Shown here: positions 61,872 through 64,000 of the stretch, piece by piece
Layout of the letters: every line of letters begins with the position of its first letter
How positions within the stretch are numbered: the stretch's first letter is position 1
NCBI GenBank assembly: GCA_963836235.1
Contig: CAWIIP010000004.1
Coordinates: 32,001-96,000, forward strand
Direction: 5' to 3'
From: an uncultured Pseudomonadota bacterium
Lineage (GTDB): Bacteria; Oederibacteriota; Muellerivitia; Muellerivitales; Muellerivitaceae
DNA length: 64,000 bases
The notes under the pieces: generated by a model
Told to the model about the DNA's origin: nothing
The model's database searches: none
The model's input: the letters and a program-made list of their open reading frames with translations, nothing else
Translations under genes and position numbers: made by a program

Positions 61872-64000
61872 AATCGATAGATGAGCCCCGGAAGGACTGG
61901 GCTTGGGTGGCGCTTTTGTCGGGGTTGGTTATCGCTTTTTATTTCCGGGTTTTATTTGAAAACCAAATTTTTGTTTTCGTGGACGCTTCCCGTTTCTTTT
62001 ATCCGCTCTGGAAATGGGGCGCGGATGTGCTGAGACAGGGGTGGATTCCCCTCTGGAATCCCGACGCCCAATTTGGAACACCCTACCTGGCCGATCCCCA
62101 GATGGCCTATGCTTATCCGCCCGTGCCCCTGCTTTATCTGCTCTTGAACCCCACCAACGCTTTCGCGGCCTTGGTGATACTTCACCACTTTTGGGCCCTG
62201 TTGGGTTTTTGGATTTTCGCCCGGGCGGAAGGTTTTTCCACCCGGGCCGCCCTCTTGGGCAGTTTGATCTTCGGGTTTTCCCTTCACTTGGTTTGCTCTT
62301 CCTGGACGCCGGTGGCCCTTTCGACCATCAGCTGGATTCCATGGGTTTTCCTGGGGGCGGGAATGTGCTATCGGAAGGAAAGAGGAGGGTTTCTATTCCT
62401 CTCCTTCGCCTGGGCCATGCAATTGGCGGCGGGTTATCCCGTCTTAACTTATTTGACGGTCATGGCGGTAGGGCTTCATTTCGGATGGAAGACCATTGGG
62501 GCCATGAAGAAATCGAAGGGGCCTGAGTTTTCCTGGCTTGGGGTCTTTTTCTCGGCGGGAATGACGGCGCTTGTTTACAACCTAGTCTGGGGCTTGCCCT
62601 TTTTGGAAATGTTCCAACAGAGCAATTACGAGAATGGGGCCAGCCGTTTCCATGATTTGAACTGGTTGGACTTGGGGACGATCTTAAGCCCCTTTGACCA
62701 GGGGCATCCTTTGCTTTCCGGTTACCACGGCCCCCATTATTGGGTTTCGACTTATTTCGCCGGGTTGCCGACCCTTTGCCTTTTAGCTTGGGGGGCTATT
62801 TACATGGTTTATCGCAAGACTTCCTGGGGGCTGCTTCTGGCATTCTTGGTTTTGAGCTTGGGCGTCCTGGGAATGGGCCATGTTTTGATGGCGATCTTGC
62901 CGGGCTATTCTTTGGTAATTCATTCAGGCTTCTGGCTTTCGCTTCTTATTTTTTGGATGGCCTGGTTAGCCATGGAATCGTTGATAGATTTCCTGGGCCC
63001 AAACCTTTTGCCCAGCCAAACCCTATTGTGGACCACGATGGTTGCGGGAATTTATGGTTTGTCCTACTTCATTCAAGTCCCCTTGTCTCCGGCGGCTTTT
63101 TGGATTTCGCTGGTCGCCGCTGGTTTGGCGGCTTGGCCGCAGGATGCCCGTCTTCGGTGGGTTTTGCTCCTACTTTCCCTCGGGATTTCCTTGGGAACTG
63201 CGGCTTCGAGTCTCAATATTCTTCTGGACCGCTCTTATTACGATAAATCACCGCTAACGATGGGATCGATTCCCAAACCCGGCCGACTTTTTTTCACACC
63301 TCCTTTACTGGGACAGGCGGCCCGCCTGCAGGGGGAAAGCATGGTGGCGGCTTATGAATCGGCGAAAGAAAACTTCTACCCGAATTGGCCCTTAGCTTAC
63401 GGAAGGGAAGAAGTTCCTCTCTATAATACCATTCAATTAAGGGATTCCTTCACCTGGACCTTTCAGTCTTTCCAACATTCCTTGCGACATTCCCGGAGCG
63501 TTTTGGATTACCTGGGTATCCGATATGTGTTCGGGAAAAACCAGTTTGAGGATTTTAAAAATGTTAATCCGATCGGAAGTCCTATTCAGATTTCCGAGAA
63601 TCCGAATCCTGGCCCAAAGTGGTTTTCGGTAGGCCGTGCCAGGGTGGCAAGCCTTTCCCTGAAAGATGACTTTGACCAGGCGGACAAGACTTCCATGGAT
63701 TACCGTAAAGAATGTTTCATTGGAGATTCGGCTAAAGCGGGTTCCTATAGTCTTTGTGAAGTCGATTGGAAAGAGGAGACCCCCACTCGGCTTGTCTTGG
63801 AATCCAAGGGTTCGGGGAAGGCCCTGCTGGTTTCTTCCGAGACGGATTATCCCGGCTGGAAAGTAAAGGTGGGCGATCATCAGGGGACGGTCGAGCAAAT
63901 CAACCACAGTTTTCGGGGAGTCGTCCTGAACGAGGGTGAAACCCGGGCGCTTTTTTATTTCGAGCCCGTCACTTTCCGGCTTGGACTTTTTCTTTCATTG
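61868..64000 (+). CDS. YfhO-like polytopic GT-C glycosyltransferase, 3'-truncated by the window edge
   Basis: Read by hand from ATG 61868 (4-bp overlap with the previous gene): FFYP.W...G.IPLWNPDAQFG.PYLADPQ...YP; late ETDYPGWKV and NHSFRGV motifs. Confidence 0.8.
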   Translation, partial: MKSIDEPRKDWAWVALLSGLVIAFYFRVLFENQIFVFVDASRFFYPLWKWGADVLRQGWIPLWNPDAQFGTPYLADPQMAYAYPPVPLLYLLLNPTNAFAALVILHHFWALLGFWIFARAEGFSTRAALLGSLIFGFSLHLVCSSWTPVALSTISWIPWVFLGAGMCYRKERGGFLFLSFAWAMQLAAGYPVLTYLTVMAVGLHFGWKTIGAMKKSKGPEFSWLGVFFSAGMTALVYNLVWGLPFLEMFQQSNYENGASRFHDLNWLDLGTILSPFDQGHPLLSGYHGPHYWVSTYFAGLPTLCLLAWGAIYMVYRKTSWGLLLAFLVLSLGVLGMGHVLMAILPGYSLVIHSGFWLSLLIFWMAWLAMESLIDFLGPNLLPSQTLLWTTMVAGIYGLSYFIQVPLSPAAFWISLVAAGLAAWPQDARLRWVLLLLSLGISLGTAASSLNILLDRSYYDKSPLTMGSIPKPGRLFFTPPLLGQAARLQGESMVAAYESAKENFYPNWPLAYGREEVPLYNTIQLRDSFTWTFQSFQHSLRHSRSVLDYLGIRYVFGKNQFEDFKNVNPIGSPIQISENPNPGPKWFSVGRARVASLSLKDDFDQADKTSMDYRKECFIGDSAKAGSYSLCEVDWKEETPTRLVLESKGSGKALLVSSETDYPGWKVKVGDHQGTVEQINHSFRGVVLNEGETRALFYFEPVTFRLGLFLSL

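Noticed and set aside
1-64000. tRNA, rRNA, transposase, integrase, reverse transcriptase or prophage genes
   Set aside because: None recognised by eye or in the ORF track; any enzyme acting on the P or R sites must be encoded outside this window.

Overview
A 64-kb chromosomal window from a diderm bacterium. The many Thr/Pro-linker secreted proteins with T9SS-like C-terminal domains plus a PorV-like gene suggest an FCB-related candidate lineage such as FCPU426 (inference only). Housekeeping and regulatory genes: glycerate kinase, acs, type III and type I glutamine synthetases (each with a sigma54 promoter), a NifA-like activator, mutY, aroQ, lmtA-like methyltransferase, GH5, two class III cyclases, two MacAB sets with TolC, and an ECF41 sigma. 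The standout region is 24.8-29.0 kb, which has two nested repeat systems and no recombinase, transposase or cas gene in the window. (1) Four co-oriented 32-bp palindromic sites (consensus GTTGTCCACGAC-GGGGACCC-GTCGTGGACAAC) delimit three cassettes: higBA, an NHL lipoprotein and a third module. Half-site variants fit site-specific integration. (2) Inside the third cassette, three identical 37-bp CRISPR-like direct repeats (CCTGCACATGCCTGTCGCAAAAAGGATAGTGTGCAAC) are separated by 971-bp and 920-bp gene-carrying spacers. The first spacer breaks genes at both ends and restores an in-frame ORF when circularised. All annotations come from reading the sequence and ORF track; no database searches were run.
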